Origin: Owenia fusiformis
Lineage: Eukaryota
Assembly (NCBI GenBank): GCA_903813345.2
Contig: CAIIXF020000001.1
Location: 7,564,001 to 7,628,000 of the forward strand
DNA length: 64,000 bases
Direction: 5' to 3'
Below the pieces are notes generated by a model. That model worked only from the letters and a program-made list of their open reading frames with translations. It did no database searches and was not told the DNA's origin. Below are positions 11,212-24,372 of the stretch, one piece after another; within the stretch, counting starts at the first letter, position 1; each line of letters begins with the position of its first letter. A program made the position numbers and the translations under genes.

Positions 11212-11929
11212 GTAACATCCAGATTTAATCCTTTCTATTGTGTTATTTATTTCTTATAAGCTAAAATAAATACTTCACAATGTGGGCCAAAAATGTTTAT
11301 ATTTTTCACTGGGTTAAAACTTTCTAAACCATGTATTTTTAAAGAAAATTGCGGGAGCAAAAATGTCACAAATATATCTTATTGGGTATCTGTTTTAGAA
11401 AAGTTTGCAGACACTGGGGATGATGAGCGTTATGTAGAATGTTTTAAGACTTTAAATTATGTTTCATAAAAATAGGCTCCAAAGTAAATTTAAACATTTA
11501 TCTACTGTAAAAAGTCACCCCTGTACCTCTATTTTATAAAAATCTGTGATAAACATCATCATTACTAATTCAAGAGAAAGTCCATGCTAATTGGTAGAAA
11601 AAACTTATTATGGTATACATTTTTTAATAACAATGTTGCCATACAAAATTGAAAATAAAATCCAGAGATATCAGACAATTCCAGAGTCAAACTGCATATA
11701 TCTTCATGAAAATGTTAGATTTCAAAGCAACAATTTAAATGGACTCCAAACCTACCCTCACAGCCATCCATTTCATACCATTCCTTTTTAATTTGAAACA
11801 TTTAAAACTATACATATCAGAATTTTACCTTATCAGAAGTCCAAAGTTTCATAAAAAATATTGGTTACATGTCATAATAAATACATAATTATACACACAT
11901 CAAAATAACATGTTACACAATTGATAAGA

Positions 11930-12078
11930 ATGAAATGTCCAGGGGGTGAAATGTCCAAGGGATGAAAAGTCCCAGGATGAAATTGAAATATCAAGGGGGG
12001 AAATGTCTAAGGGGTAAACATCTAGGGGATGTAATGTCTAAGGGATGAGCAGTCTAGGGGTGAAATGTCTTGATACCC
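11930..12078. repeat. Degenerate ~15-16-bp minisatellite (GAAATGTCYAGGGGT-like)
   Basis: About 9 imperfect copies visible. Confidence 0.65.
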
Positions 12079-13086
12079 TCTGCTAGTAATGATATAACTA
12101 CATAACTACCATACAAATCAAGACAAATGATTAGATTTAAATGGAGGAAGTCAGTCCAATTTAAATCAATTTGGTGATAGGTCCTTTTAGTAATATGTAT
12201 ATTACTTTTTGAAAAAATATGCATGTATTGGCATGATCATTATTCATACATACTGCATGTGGTTCATAAAATACCCCATGGAAGTGAAAATAGAAGAAGA
12301 TAAAGCGACCAAAAGGATACTTCATTCAATGTATACTGTAAACATTCACTTTTCTGTTTTCTCAGACAATTGTATGCATATGATATGGACCATATAAATA
12401 TTTTAACCTCCCAAAGATGTCACATGTATTTGATCCCTGAAAATCTTTGCTTTTCATTTACACATACAAACATAAATAATGACATATTTGAGTTACCCTG
12501 TATATTGAGCTGGATGTCAAATTGGAGTTGTTGCTCCCATAAGTAGAATGAGCTGTAGCTAATTGAAAAGATTATATTGAACATCTATTTTCACATTCCT
12601 GGCACAAACAAGTCCAAAATGCTTTCTCGGCAAGTGTCACATGATTTCTTGATCGCGCCTTCCTGATGTCCTAATAAACACTTGATTTATATTTTAAATT
12701 ATATTTTCTGCTCCAACCTAGGTGTTTTTTCCTACCTCCCACACAATGTATGTCTGATTTCTTTCAAATTAATTAAATATTTGAATACAACAGTTCCATT
12801 TTTAATTTTCAGTAGTTGCTTCTCGTAATGATTTTATTGGATTACTAAATGTTTTACATAAAAATGTTTATTCTGCTTCATTCAAATATTACTATTTTTG
12901 GCGAAAGGAGTCTGCAAAGGTGCCACAAAAGCAGTGAATGAAGAAATATAATCGGATTAGCTAATTAAGCAAATCCACCTAATTAAGCTAATTAGGCAAC
13001 TTTAATTAGCCTATTATAGCTGATTCCTTAAAGTAAGTCATATAAATGGTAAATTCTTAACATACTTACATAAATTGCTGGTCAGT

Positions 13087-16000
13087 AAGTAAATCCAGTA
13101 AGTAAATCCAGGCCCAAATTATCAAGGAATTAATGTATTATATTGCAACATTAATGGTAAAATTTCTGAAGGTGAAAAAAGTAACCGATTTGTCGAACTT
13201 GGTATAACAGCTAAACTTCAAAATTGCCATATTTTATCAGTTTGTGAAGCAGGGAAAAACCTGGATCTGAATAAACTAGTTATTGAGGGTTTTCATAAAC
13301 CATACCAACCACATAACCCCTTGGGTAGAGGTATACTGCTATATGTTGATGAAAAGCTAGCGTTTAAACCTAGAGAAGATCTTAGCACAATTAATGAGAT
13401 TGGTTGGGTAGAAATAGTAGTTGATCATAAAAAAATCCTAATTGGCACATGTTATAGGTCGCCATCAATGACATTGATTGGGGATATTGAACAATTTAAT
13501 ACTCTTCTAGAGCAAAGCTTAGATACTGCCATTAGGGAGAGGAAGTACGACATGATTCTATTGAATGGGGATTTTAATGCCAAGAGCAAGTTCTTCTATG
13601 ATCATGATATTGATAATTTTGCAGGGACTAAACTGTATGAGACAATGACAACCCTCGGTTTTGAACAATTTATTCATGAGCCAACTAGGATTACAGAAAA
13701 TAGCAAAACTTGCATAGATCTTGTTTTTTCAAATTCTCCAGGCTTTATGCTTGGAAATGAGATTTTAGCACCAATAGGTGGCAGTGACCATAGCACTGTG
13801 GTGTCACATATACAGCTAGCTGCAAATAAACAACAGTCAAAACATATAACTAAGACATGGCAATATAAAGATTGCAACCAGCCTGCTCTGAACAATGAAA
13901 TTAATACTATAAATTGGAATGATATTATTAATATTGGGTCAATTGATGACTCTTGTCTCAATTTTTCATCTAAATTGTCTTCTGTTTTTGACCAATACAT
14001 ACCACACAAATTGAAAGTGAGGAATTCAAATGACATGCCTTGGTTTAATGATGAAATCAAAATGGCAATAAATAGGCGTGACAAATATTATAAGAAATTC
14101 AAAAGAAATAATACTTTTGACTCAAAATTGAAATATAAAAATAAAGTTGAAATCTTAGGAAGACTCATTGATAAGGCCAAGGAGAATTATGAAAATGAAA
14201 TTTGTGAAAATCTTCAGACATATTCTAGCGGAGATCACTTTTACTGGAATGCAATTAAGAAACTACTTGGAAATAAGTTCTCCTCTGGAATTCCAACTTT
14301 GAGTAATCCATCTTTGACCAAGGTTTGTAGCTCTGATGAAGATAAAAGAAATGAATTCTTAAATTTGTTTGTGGGAAAATTTCATTATGATACCTCAAAT
14401 ACAACAATTGATTTACCACTTTTTCCAACTAGAACAAATAAGACACTTACTTGCAATTTGACCACGCCAGCAGAAATACGGAGCCTTATAGTTGACCTTG
14501 ACACTTCAAAAAGTGAGGGACTAGATGGAATCACAAATAAAATGCTTGTAATGAGTGCTTTCTCTATTGATAAACCACTAGCTCTAATTTTCAACAGAAT
14601 TCTTTCTGAAAATATTTTTCCTAGATCTTGGAAGGATGGGATAATTATTCCCATTTATAAAAATAAGGGTGATAAGTCAGACAGCTCTAATTATAGGCCT
14701 GTAACACTTCTTTCTACTATATCTAAATTGTTTGAAAAGGTTTTACAAAAACAGGTAATGAAATTTCTGTTAGACAATAATTTACTATATGAAAATCAGT
14801 CAGGCTTTTTACCTGGTCATAGTACTGACAGTCAACTTCTCAGCATAACAAACTTCATTTTTAGTAATTTCGAAAAACAAACTGATGTGAGAGGAATTTT
14901 TTTGGACCTGGAATCTGCATTTGATAAAGTCAAGCACAATTTACTCATTCACAAGTTAAAATCATATGGTTTTGATGAAAATATCTTGACTCTAATTAAA
15001 TCATACCTAAGTAATAGAAGAGTATGTACGCGCTTAAACGGGACTTTATCTGAATTTTCAGAAGAAAACTACATAAACAGCGGTGTTCCACAGGGTTCCA
15101 TTTTAGGTCCCATCCTGTTTTTGCTTTTCATTAATGACCTACCAGAGGTCATTCAGTCAAAATGTTTCATTTATGCCGACGACACATCCATATATGTGCC
15201 CGTTCAAAAGTCCGAGGATATTGCAGTATCAAACTTATTACTACAGCGTGACTTGGATAATGTTTACGACTGGTCAAGAGTATGGGGCTTAAATTTCAAG
15301 CCCTCTAAAACCAAAGAAATTATTTTCTCCAAATCTGGTCGAGCCCAAAGAAATTACCCTATTTTGACCTTAAGCGACAGAGAAATAGAGAGAGTAAAAC
15401 ACCATAAACACCTTGGCGTTATCTTAGATAACCACCTTGATTTCAAAGAACATATAGACCAGCTTAAATTAAAAATAAACAAAATGCTAAATCCTTTAAT
15501 CGCTTTAAAAAATAGAATCTCATCCAAACATCTTGAAAGAATGTACCTATCTTTTATTTTGCCTAAAATAGAATTCGGCTCTATCTTTTACAACTGCGCA
15601 CCAAACTATGCCTTAATCACACTCGACAGGCTGCATTATAGAGCAGCCTTAGTAGTGACTGGGGCCATAAAGGGTTCCTCCGAGATCAAAGTTCTATCCG
15701 CTTTAAATTGGAAATCTTTAAGTGAAAGAAGACAAGAAAAAATGGCAACTCTTATGTACAAAGTTACCAAAAACAAAGTCCCTCGCTATGTTCATGACAT
15801 ATACAGAAATCTTCAAAATCCTGGGGTAGAGCGTGCTCTTCGTGCCCGACACGAATACAACATTCCTGCTAGATCATCCACAAAATTCACAAATTCACCA
15901 GCCATTGCACCAATAAGAATATGGAAAACTATCTCTTTTGACGTCAAGAACAGTCCCTCAATATCAGCCTTTAAGTCACGTTACAATAAATGGAAATATA

Positions 16001-16658
16001 ACCCCAACCCCCGTTCAGTGCTGACCACAAAACTAAACCTCAAAAGATCTATCGAAATTAAATTGAATCGTATCCGAGTTGACCTGGCATCCAGAGCAGA
16101 TTTTTACAGACACAATTTTAAAGAGTTTACAGATCCCAGTTGCCCCTGTGGCTTTCAACAGCAAACTAAGTCTCATTTACTCCTTGATTGCCCTCTATCG
16201 AATGGAGCCAGAGAAGTTTTTACCCAAAACCTGAAGGAGCTGCCTAGTTTTAATTATAACAACTTTGCCACTTTAACAAAGTCTAGTAAAATCAAGATTA
16301 TGCTTTTTGGAGATTGTAAACTTTCAGATGAATGTAACAAAGAAATTACCAATTTATCAGCAAATCTTATAGACAAAATCATCTGATACTTTATAAAAAT
16401 TCATGATCGTAAGGACAAAGTTCAACCCATCTTTCATCAATCATTATCATTCATTCCTTACATTTCCCATAAGGACTATGTAACTCTTATAAAAGACATG
16501 ACACATGTTTTGAGAACCATTATTAATATATGTTAATTTGCAAATTTTATAAAGGGAGGCCAATAATGTAATGTTTTACCTAGGCCTTCCTAGTATGTTA
16601 ACAAGTGTATAATCTTAATGCAAATAAATAAAACTTAACCTTAAAAAAAAAAAAAAAA
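13087..16658 (+). mobile_element. 5'-truncated non-LTR retrotransposon (APE-RT; CR1/L2-group-like) with intact ORF2
   Basis: 15-bp TSD AAATTGCTGGTCAGT (13072-13086, 16659-16673); AATAAA followed by a poly(A) tail at 16643-16661. Confidence 0.93.
13102..16386 (+). CDS. LINE ORF2: AP endonuclease + reverse transcriptase + C-terminal Cys/His motif (open frame of 1094 aa, no native start)
   Basis: The frame is open from 13102 (VNPGP...YCNING). Motifs GDFN, SDH, GVPQGSILGP, YADD, HLGV and CPCG...HLLLDC; no stops or frameshifts. Confidence 0.92.
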   Translation, partial: VNPGPNYQGINVLYCNINGKISEGEKSNRFVELGITAKLQNCHILSVCEAGKNLDLNKLVIEGFHKPYQPHNPLGRGILLYVDEKLAFKPREDLSTINEIGWVEIVVDHKKILIGTCYRSPSMTLIGDIEQFNTLLEQSLDTAIRERKYDMILLNGDFNAKSKFFYDHDIDNFAGTKLYETMTTLGFEQFIHEPTRITENSKTCIDLVFSNSPGFMLGNEILAPIGGSDHSTVVSHIQLAANKQQSKHITKTWQYKDCNQPALNNEINTINWNDIINIGSIDDSCLNFSSKLSSVFDQYIPHKLKVRNSNDMPWFNDEIKMAINRRDKYYKKFKRNNTFDSKLKYKNKVEILGRLIDKAKENYENEICENLQTYSSGDHFYWNAIKKLLGNKFSSGIPTLSNPSLTKVCSSDEDKRNEFLNLFVGKFHYDTSNTTIDLPLFPTRTNKTLTCNLTTPAEIRSLIVDLDTSKSEGLDGITNKMLVMSAFSIDKPLALIFNRILSENIFPRSWKDGIIIPIYKNKGDKSDSSNYRPVTLLSTISKLFEKVLQKQVMKFLLDNNLLYENQSGFLPGHSTDSQLLSITNFIFSNFEKQTDVRGIFLDLESAFDKVKHNLLIHKLKSYGFDENILTLIKSYLSNRRVCTRLNGTLSEFSEENYINSGVPQGSILGPILFLLFINDLPEVIQSKCFIYADDTSIYVPVQKSEDIAVSNLLLQRDLDNVYDWSRVWGLNFKPSKTKEIIFSKSGRAQRNYPILTLSDREIERVKHHKHLGVILDNHLDFKEHIDQLKLKINKMLNPLIALKNRISSKHLERMYLSFILPKIEFGSIFYNCAPNYALITLDRLHYRAALVVTGAIKGSSEIKVLSALNWKSLSERRQEKMATLMYKVTKNKVPRYVHDIYRNLQNPGVERALRARHEYNIPARSSTKFTNSPAIAPIRIWKTISFDVKNSPSISAFKSRYNKWKYNPNPRSVLTTKLNLKRSIEIKLNRIRVDLASRADFYRHNFKEFTDPSCPCGFQQQTKSHLLLDCPLSNGAREVFTQNLKELPSFNYNNFATLTKSSKIKIMLFGDCKLSDECNKEITNLSANLIDKII

Positions 16659-17042
16659 AAATTGCTGGTCAGTTGTTATTTCATACTAAACCTGATGAGG
16701 TGATAGGGGCTGGGTAGGTGGGTTTTTGCAATGCTGCTGACTGTTTGCTGGCTCTAGCTAGTCTAACTGAAGTTCTAATCATAATTCAGTGCCTCTGTTC
16801 TGATGCCTTCATCACAAATTACCTATAAACCTACATTTTGGCTTCTAATTGGTATACTGCAACATTCAAGCATGAATAAAACTGCATATTGTAAGCTTAT
16901 TAACTAAAGGTCAGCATGGGTAAATAAAACTAAAAGGACCTGTCCAATTTTATATGGAATTTTAAGCAAAACAAGCTTAAGCTTACGGCACCAATTTCAA
17001 ACTCCTTTTCAATGCTTTAAACTTCATTCAGTTCATAAATCA

Positions 17043-20000
17043 AATTATTTCATAATTTTCATTTATTCTGCTTCATTCAAATATTACTATTTTTGGCGAA
17101 AGGAGTCTGCAAAGGTGCCGCAAAAGCAGTGAATGAAGAAATATAATCGGATTAGCTAATTAAGCAAATCCACCTAATTAAGCTAATTAGGCAACTTTAA
17201 TTAGCCTATAATAGCTACTTTTAGGTGCGGGTTCACGAAAAAGGCCATATCAAATTTTATCAAATATAATTCAATTACTTACAACTTTTACATGCAGCTG
17301 CATAAAATTTGATGAACCCCACCAAAAAAGATAATGCATATAAAAAAATTCAAACACCTTCCCCAAGGTTGGTGTCGAACATATGCTGAGGCTCATATTA
17401 ATATTTTCATGTCATAACCTTCTGACTCAACAAATTTACGTACAAAAATTAAATTCAGTGTTCTTATATTAGATTTTCATTTTTCCAATTTGCAAATTGT
17501 TTTGTGTGCTTATTAAATCAGTAAGCCATATCTCATCGGTAACAAGTCAAAAAATGACTTGTTACGCTTCTTTGGCGTAATAGGGGTTGCACCAATGGCA
17601 TGAATGTGGCACATTCACTGGGAACCTTCCTAGCAGACTATTAAGTGTAAATTCTCTAGTCAGATCGGCTGATGGAACATGTTTTTTTGGCATTGCCAGT
17701 TGGCCGAGCAGTCTACAGCGCCAGAATCTCAGCTTGACAAAGACGTCATAACCATCAGGTCGTGAGTTGAAGACGCGTGAGCTTCTTGTATTTATTCAAT
17801 TCTGCATAATAAAATATATCGCATAATTAATAACACGTAGATTGTTACTTTGCTGTGAATAACTTACATTTTCGCTAAAACTTACATGTCCAAAGTGTGA
17901 TGTGCTGTGTATGATATGCCTACAAATCAGCAAGTAAAAACGTTAAGACAGGTAAACATTTATAGATAAACAGTCTCTTGGAATATTTTGCCAACCTTAA
18001 TTTGACCCCTCTAACTAAACCTAACAAGTACAACATGTTATCAATTCCTGACCCTTTGTAATTGAGGAGATAATGGGAAAATCTGGATATAAAGTATCAA
18101 GTAACATCTCATATCATATCTTATAGACATATTGCTCCCCCCCCCCCTCCGTCCTTCCCCCCTCCGTCCTATTTTAATTATTTTCGATTATTTTTTATAC
18201 AACCTATGGAAACATATTTTGTAAAGTCATTAAGGTCATTAATTTTATGATGATAATGTCACTTACAAATATTTATTGCAGGTTGTGTAGACTGTTGATG
18301 CTTGATTTAAAGCAAAAACATTGACTTTTTCACATTGGTGGCGTTGCGCCTTTTTTAATAGATCTTATACCTAAGAAGAGAATCGGCTAAAAAAAATTAG
18401 TAGAATACGCGACATATTTTACCATACCGTGCGCCTTGTCAGTTTCAATGATCTTATAGTATTCTTCAAGCACTGTATGTTCATACACCAATTGCACTGC
18501 TTCATACATGAAGCATACACCACTTGTTTGCTTAGAGATCCGCTGATCTCCCATACATATTTAAATTTTTGTTTCAGATCTGCTGATCTTATCCCTTTAT
18601 TATATAGTGTTTGCTTAGAGATCCGCTGATCTCCCATACATATTTAAATTTTTGTTTCAGATCTGCTAATCTTATCCCTATACAGTATATATACATTATA
18701 TCTACAACAAAAATTATTTTGATATTAATAATATATTGATAGTCTAACGCATTACTTTTGCTGATTTGAATTGCTTTCTTCTTGTACTATAAATTCATAT
18801 GCTAGATGATTTTCTATACAGTTTTGAAATCTCGCTCATTCTCATTTTCAGCCAAATCTCCAATAATGCAGCGCTAAATTTCTTTAAAGCCTTGGTTTAT
18901 TCCTTCAACAACAATTTTTTTTATGATTTATCACAATATGGAGAGTGACAGGAGTATCCCTTAGTATGCTATTCAAGTTTCAAAATAGATTCAACAAACT
19001 CGTTTTGACAAATCTTGAAATTAAGTGACTTTTGAAAGTTTATAACATTGAAGCCTATGGCAGCCTGGCCCAAACAAAACAAATTTGACATTTATCATAT
19101 AAGATTGATGAAGCTGTAAATAACTTCCCAAATACATTGCTTTATTTATCATGGTTTAAAACATATTTTCAGAGTCCTTGGTCTCAAAAATAATATTATC
19201 TATGAACATATAATATTTATTACTATTTGGCTTGTCAAATCTGTTCATTTTGCAACATGTCTTCATATATTACATGCTTAAATTGTTTTAATTTATGAAT
19301 ATGATTTGCTTCATGTTTATTATTTATAAAGTACATTGTTTTCATGAGATCTGCTAATCTCGTATATGTAATATAATTTGTGAACATGATTTTCTCAATT
19401 TTTCATTTCGCAAATTTCAGTTGATTTTAGATTACTTATTCACAGGCTGGTATCGAAATATTTGTCCGCTGTGACGGAGCATGCTATTTTTCACGAAAAC
19501 ACTAAGAATACTTCACGATTTATTTTTTAACTCATATGTTTCGTTATACCATACACAATTACTTACTCCATGCAATGGATATGTCATTTGTGGGTAACTT
19601 TCACTTCTGTTTGAAGTCCAATTACGCTGGGAAGAAAAGCTATTGAAAATGGCGCCGGAGTATCATACTTCAAAATGTACCATTTCTTGTTTAACTTTCT
19701 AATGGCACGATATAGTGACACGATAATATTTACACATGGTTTCGTCATAACTATGAAGGTATAAATGAGAAGTTGATGTAATTATTTCATAATTTTCATT
19801 TATTCTGCTTCATTCAAATATTACTATTTTTGGCGAAAGGAGTCTGCAAAGGTGCCGCAAAAGCAGTGAATGAAGAAATATAATCGGATTAGCTAATTAA
19901 GCAAATCCACCTAATTAAGCTAATTAGGCAACTTTAATTAGCCTATAATAGCTACTTTTAGGTGCGGGTTCACGAAAAAGGCCATATCAAATTTTATCAA

Positions 20001-22518
20001 ATATAATTCAATTACTTACAACTTTTACATGCAGCTGCATAAAATTTGATGAACCCCACCAAAAAAGATAATGCATATAAAAAAATTCAAACACCTTCCC
20101 CAAGGTTGGTGTCGAACATATGCTGAGGCTCATATTAATATTTTCATGTCATAACCTTCTGACTCAACAAATTTACGTACAAAAATTAAATTCAGTGTTC
20201 TTATATTAGATTTTCATTTTTCCAATTTGCAAATTGTTTTGTGTGCTTATTAAATCAGTAAGCCATATCTCATCGGTAACAAGTCAAAAAATGACTTGTT
20301 ACGCTTCTTTGGCGTAATAGGGGTTGCACCAATGGCATGAATGTGGCACATTCACTGGGAACCTTCCTAGCAGACTATTAAGTGTAAATTCTCTAGTCAG
20401 ATCGGCTGATGGAACATGTTTTTTTGGCATTGCCAGTTGGCCGAGCAGTCTACAGCGCCAGAATCTCAGCTTGACAAAGACGTCATAACCATCAGGTCGT
20501 GAGTTGAAGACGCGTGAGCTTCTTGTATTTATTCAATTCTGCATAATAAAATATATCGCATAATTAATAACACGTAGATTGTTACTTTGCTGTGAATAAC
20601 TTACATTTTCGCTAAAACTTACATGTCCAAAGTGTGATGTGCTGTGTATGATATGCCTACAAATCAGCAAGTAAAAACGTTAAGACAGGTAAACATTTAT
20701 AGATAAACAGTCTCTTGGAATATTTTGCCAACCTTAATTTGACCCCTCTAACTAAACCTAACAAGTACAACATGTTATCAATTCCTGACCCTTTGTAATT
20801 GAGGAGATAATGGGAAAATCTGGATATAAAGTATCAAGTAACATCTCATATCATATCTTATAGACATATTGCTCCCCCCCCCCCCTCCGTCCTTCCCCCC
20901 TCCGTCCTATTTTAATTATTTTCGATTATTTTTTATACAACCTATGGAAACATATTTTGTAAAGTCATTAAGGTCATTAATTTTATGATGATAATGTCAC
21001 TTACAAATATTTATTGCAGGTTGTGTAGACTGTTGATGCTTGATTTAAAGCAAAAACATTGACTTTTTCACATTGGTGGCGTTGCGCCTTTTTTAATAGA
21101 TCTTATACCTAAGAAGAGAATCGGCTAAAAAAAATTAGTAGAATACGCGACATATTTTACCATACCGTGCGCCTTGTCAGTTTCAATGATCTTATAGTAT
21201 TCTTCAAGCACTGTATGTTCATACACCAATTGCACTGCTTCATACATGAAGCATACACCACTTGTTTGCTTAGAGATCCGCTGATCTCCCATACATATTT
21301 AAATTTTTGTTTCAGATCTGCTGATCTTATCCCTTTATTATATAGTGTTTGCTTAGAGATCCGCTGATCTCCCATACATATTTAAATTTTTGTTTCAGAT
21401 CTGCTAATCTTATCCCTATACAGTATATATACATTATATCTACAACAAAAATTATTTTGATATTAATAATATATTGATAGTCTAACGCATTACTTTTGCT
21501 GATTTGAATTGCTTTCTTCTTGTACTATAAATTCATATGCTAGATGATTTTCTATACAGTTTTGAAATCTCGCTCATTCTCATTTTCAGCCAAATCTCCA
21601 ATAATGCAGCGCTAAATTTCTTTAAAGCCTTGGTTTATTCCTTCAACAACAATTTTTTTTATGATTTATCACAATATGGAGAGTGACAGGAGTATCCCTT
21701 AGTATGCTATTCAAGTTTCAAAATAGATTCAACAAACTCGTTTTGACAAATCTTGAAATTAAGTGACTTTTGAAAGTTTATAACATTGAAGCCTATGGCA
21801 GCCTGGCCCAAACAAAACAAATTTGACATTTATCATATAAGATTGATGAAGCTGTAAATAACTTCCCAAATACATTGCTTTATTTATCATGGTTTAAAAC
21901 ATATTTTCAGAGTCCTTGGTCTCAAAAATAATATTATCTATGAACATATAATATTTATTACTATTTGGCTTGTCAAATCTGTTCATTTTGCAACATGTCT
22001 TCATATATTACATGCTTAAATTGTTTTAATTTATGAATATGATTTGCTTCATGTTTATTATTTATAAAGTACATTGTTTTCATGAGATCTGCTAATCTCG
22101 TATATGTAATATAATTTGTGAACATGATTTTCTCAATTTTTCATTTCGCAAATTTCAGTTGATTTTAGATTACTTATTCACAGGCTGGTATCGAAATATT
22201 TGTCCGCTGTGACGGAGCATGCTATTTTTCACGAAAACACTAAGAATACTTCACGATTTATTTTTTAACTCATATGTTTCGTTATACCATACACAATTAC
22301 TTACTCCATGCAATGGATATGTCATTTGTGGGTAACTTTCACTTCTGTTTGAAGTCCAATTACGCTGGGAAGAAAAGCTATTGAAAATGGCGCCGGAGTA
22401 TCATACTTCAAAATGTACCATTTCTTGTTTAACTTTCTAATGGCACGATATAGTGACACGATAATATTTACACATGGTTTCGTCATAACTATGAAGGTAT
22501 AAATGAGAAGTTGATGTA
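17043..22518. repeat. Near-identical 2.74-kb tandem duplication (17043-19779 / 19780-22518)
   Basis: The copies match line by line. The only difference I noticed is one extra C in a poly-C run. Identical ORF-track pairs (18419/21157, 18429/21167) confirm it. Confidence 0.95.
17695..17780 (+). other. Possible decayed tRNA-derived (SINE-head-like) sequence; duplicate near 20432-20517
   Basis: A-box-like TGGCCGAGCAGTCTACAGCGC and a degenerate B-box GAGTTGAAGA. Not a foldable tRNA. Confidence 0.25.
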
Positions 22519-23008
22519 TTTGGTCTTTTTAATTCTTTTATAAAAAATAATGTTTAATTTTTTTGTCCGCTCTGGCGGAGCAGTTGCAAATGTTAACTGT
22601 GAAAATGCTCCGTCACAGCGGACAAAAAATATTAATATTGTTTTTTATAAAAGAATTAAAAAGACCCAATGCATTAATATCTCATTAATACATTCAGAGT
22701 TATGCTTAAAACATATGTTAATATTGTCGTGTCACTATATCATGCCATTAAAAAGTTAAAAAAGAAATGGTACATTTTAGAGTTTGATACTCTGGCGCCG
22801 TTTTCAATAGATTTACTCCTAGCGTTATTGGACTTCAAAGAGAAATGAAGGTTACACGCAAATGATATATCCATTGCATGGAGTAAGTAATTATCTTTGA
22901 TATAACGAAACATATGAGTTAAAAAATAAATCGTGGAGCATTCTTAGTGTTTTTATGAAAAATAGCATGCTCCGTCACAGCGGACAAATTTTTCGATACC
23001 AGCCTGTG
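22179..23008. mobile_element. Foldback-type MITE with CAC...GTG ends and a 5-bp TSD; left arm also at 19441-19779
   Basis: CACAGGCTGGTATCGAAA / TTTCGATACCAGCCTGTG, long imperfect arms (>300 bp), TSD TTATT. Confidence 0.85.
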
Positions 23009-24372
23009 TTATTATAGTAGATGTTCATTTCCCAATTGTGTAGCTTATTTATCCGGTGATCTTTTAAGCTTAAGAAAGTAATTAATTTGATTTTAAATTA
23101 TCTTGGCTTAATTTTTATCAAGCATGTGTAAAATTGCTAGTTTGTATGGTATTTCTAATTATTGCACATATCTGAGAATTTCATATACCTTACTAATAAA
23201 CAAATCATTAGCTATTTGAACAATTTTAATCAATATTTGATTCTCATCAATTATGTTGATCTACAGTTGGTAGTTAGCATTGATAAAGCTCATATTCAGT
23301 TTATTTCATTTTAAACTCTATGATATTTATGAAATCATTATTTATGACTTGGGATAAGCTGATTTTTAAACCTGTTTTTTCAAACTGACTCATAACAATA
23401 ATGTCACTTTTTGTTTAATGTATTTTGCCTGTTTTAAATGTTTTGACTACAATCATTGAAATATTTACTCATGTGATAGCTTTTATACATGTTCACAAGT
23501 TGATATCATTACTTGTATTTTCTTACAAGGCAATCTCTGAAGTATAATGAATAAAAGCATAATAATGTGAAAGTACTAGAGCACACATGTGATAAACTGT
23601 AGGAAGTGCCTAAAAGCAGCATTACAGTGCCAATGGTTTTTAACACAGAAATCTACAATTTAGATTCAAGAATAATTTTTTGCAGAAGCTATTAAATTTT
23701 ATTTGCCATAATACTTGGTAATAATCTTGTAATGAACCTTGTTTACTATTGTATAAATGATATCCATCAAACGTTAAGCATAAATCATATTATTAATTGT
23801 TTTGCATATACTGCCATTATATTTGCTTTTTAAAGAGAGAATCAGATATAGCGAGCAGGCTAAACAAAATTTTACAATTTTAGAAAATTGTTAGCTCATG
23901 TCATTCCTAGTCATGTCTATTTTCTAAAAATCACAAAAATGCATACTTTATTTCAGGAAAAATACAGATTTTAACAATAATGTATTATTTTTCTATAAGA
24001 ATGGTTAAACATTTTTCACCAATTTTTTGCACTTTGAATCATTAATAAATTCACCAATTTACAACATATTGTGAATCTTTTGGGAGATATTGTATTTGAT
24101 ATTGTAACAAATAGATTGGTAGGTCAATTATACACATTGCTCAGTTGCTTGTAATTATGTCACCCCTATAGATCAGATTCTGCTTTTAACTTGCATATCG
24201 TACGTTCATAATCATCATATATAGTTTGCAAGGTCAAGATTTGCCATAATATTCATGTTTTTTCCAAAATATTTTAGATCTGCTAATTTTAATAATATAT
24301 GATATAAATGGCAGTTCCTTTGTTCATTTAAATGCATTGCAAATAGTTTCTAACACCAGTTGTAGGCCTATA

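Noticed and set aside
13674-14654. Minus-strand ORFs of 136 and 89 aa
   Set aside because: They are antisense shadows of LINE ORF2.
17695-17780. Functional tRNA gene
   Set aside because: The B-box is degenerate and no cloverleaf can be formed; kept only as a low-confidence relic.
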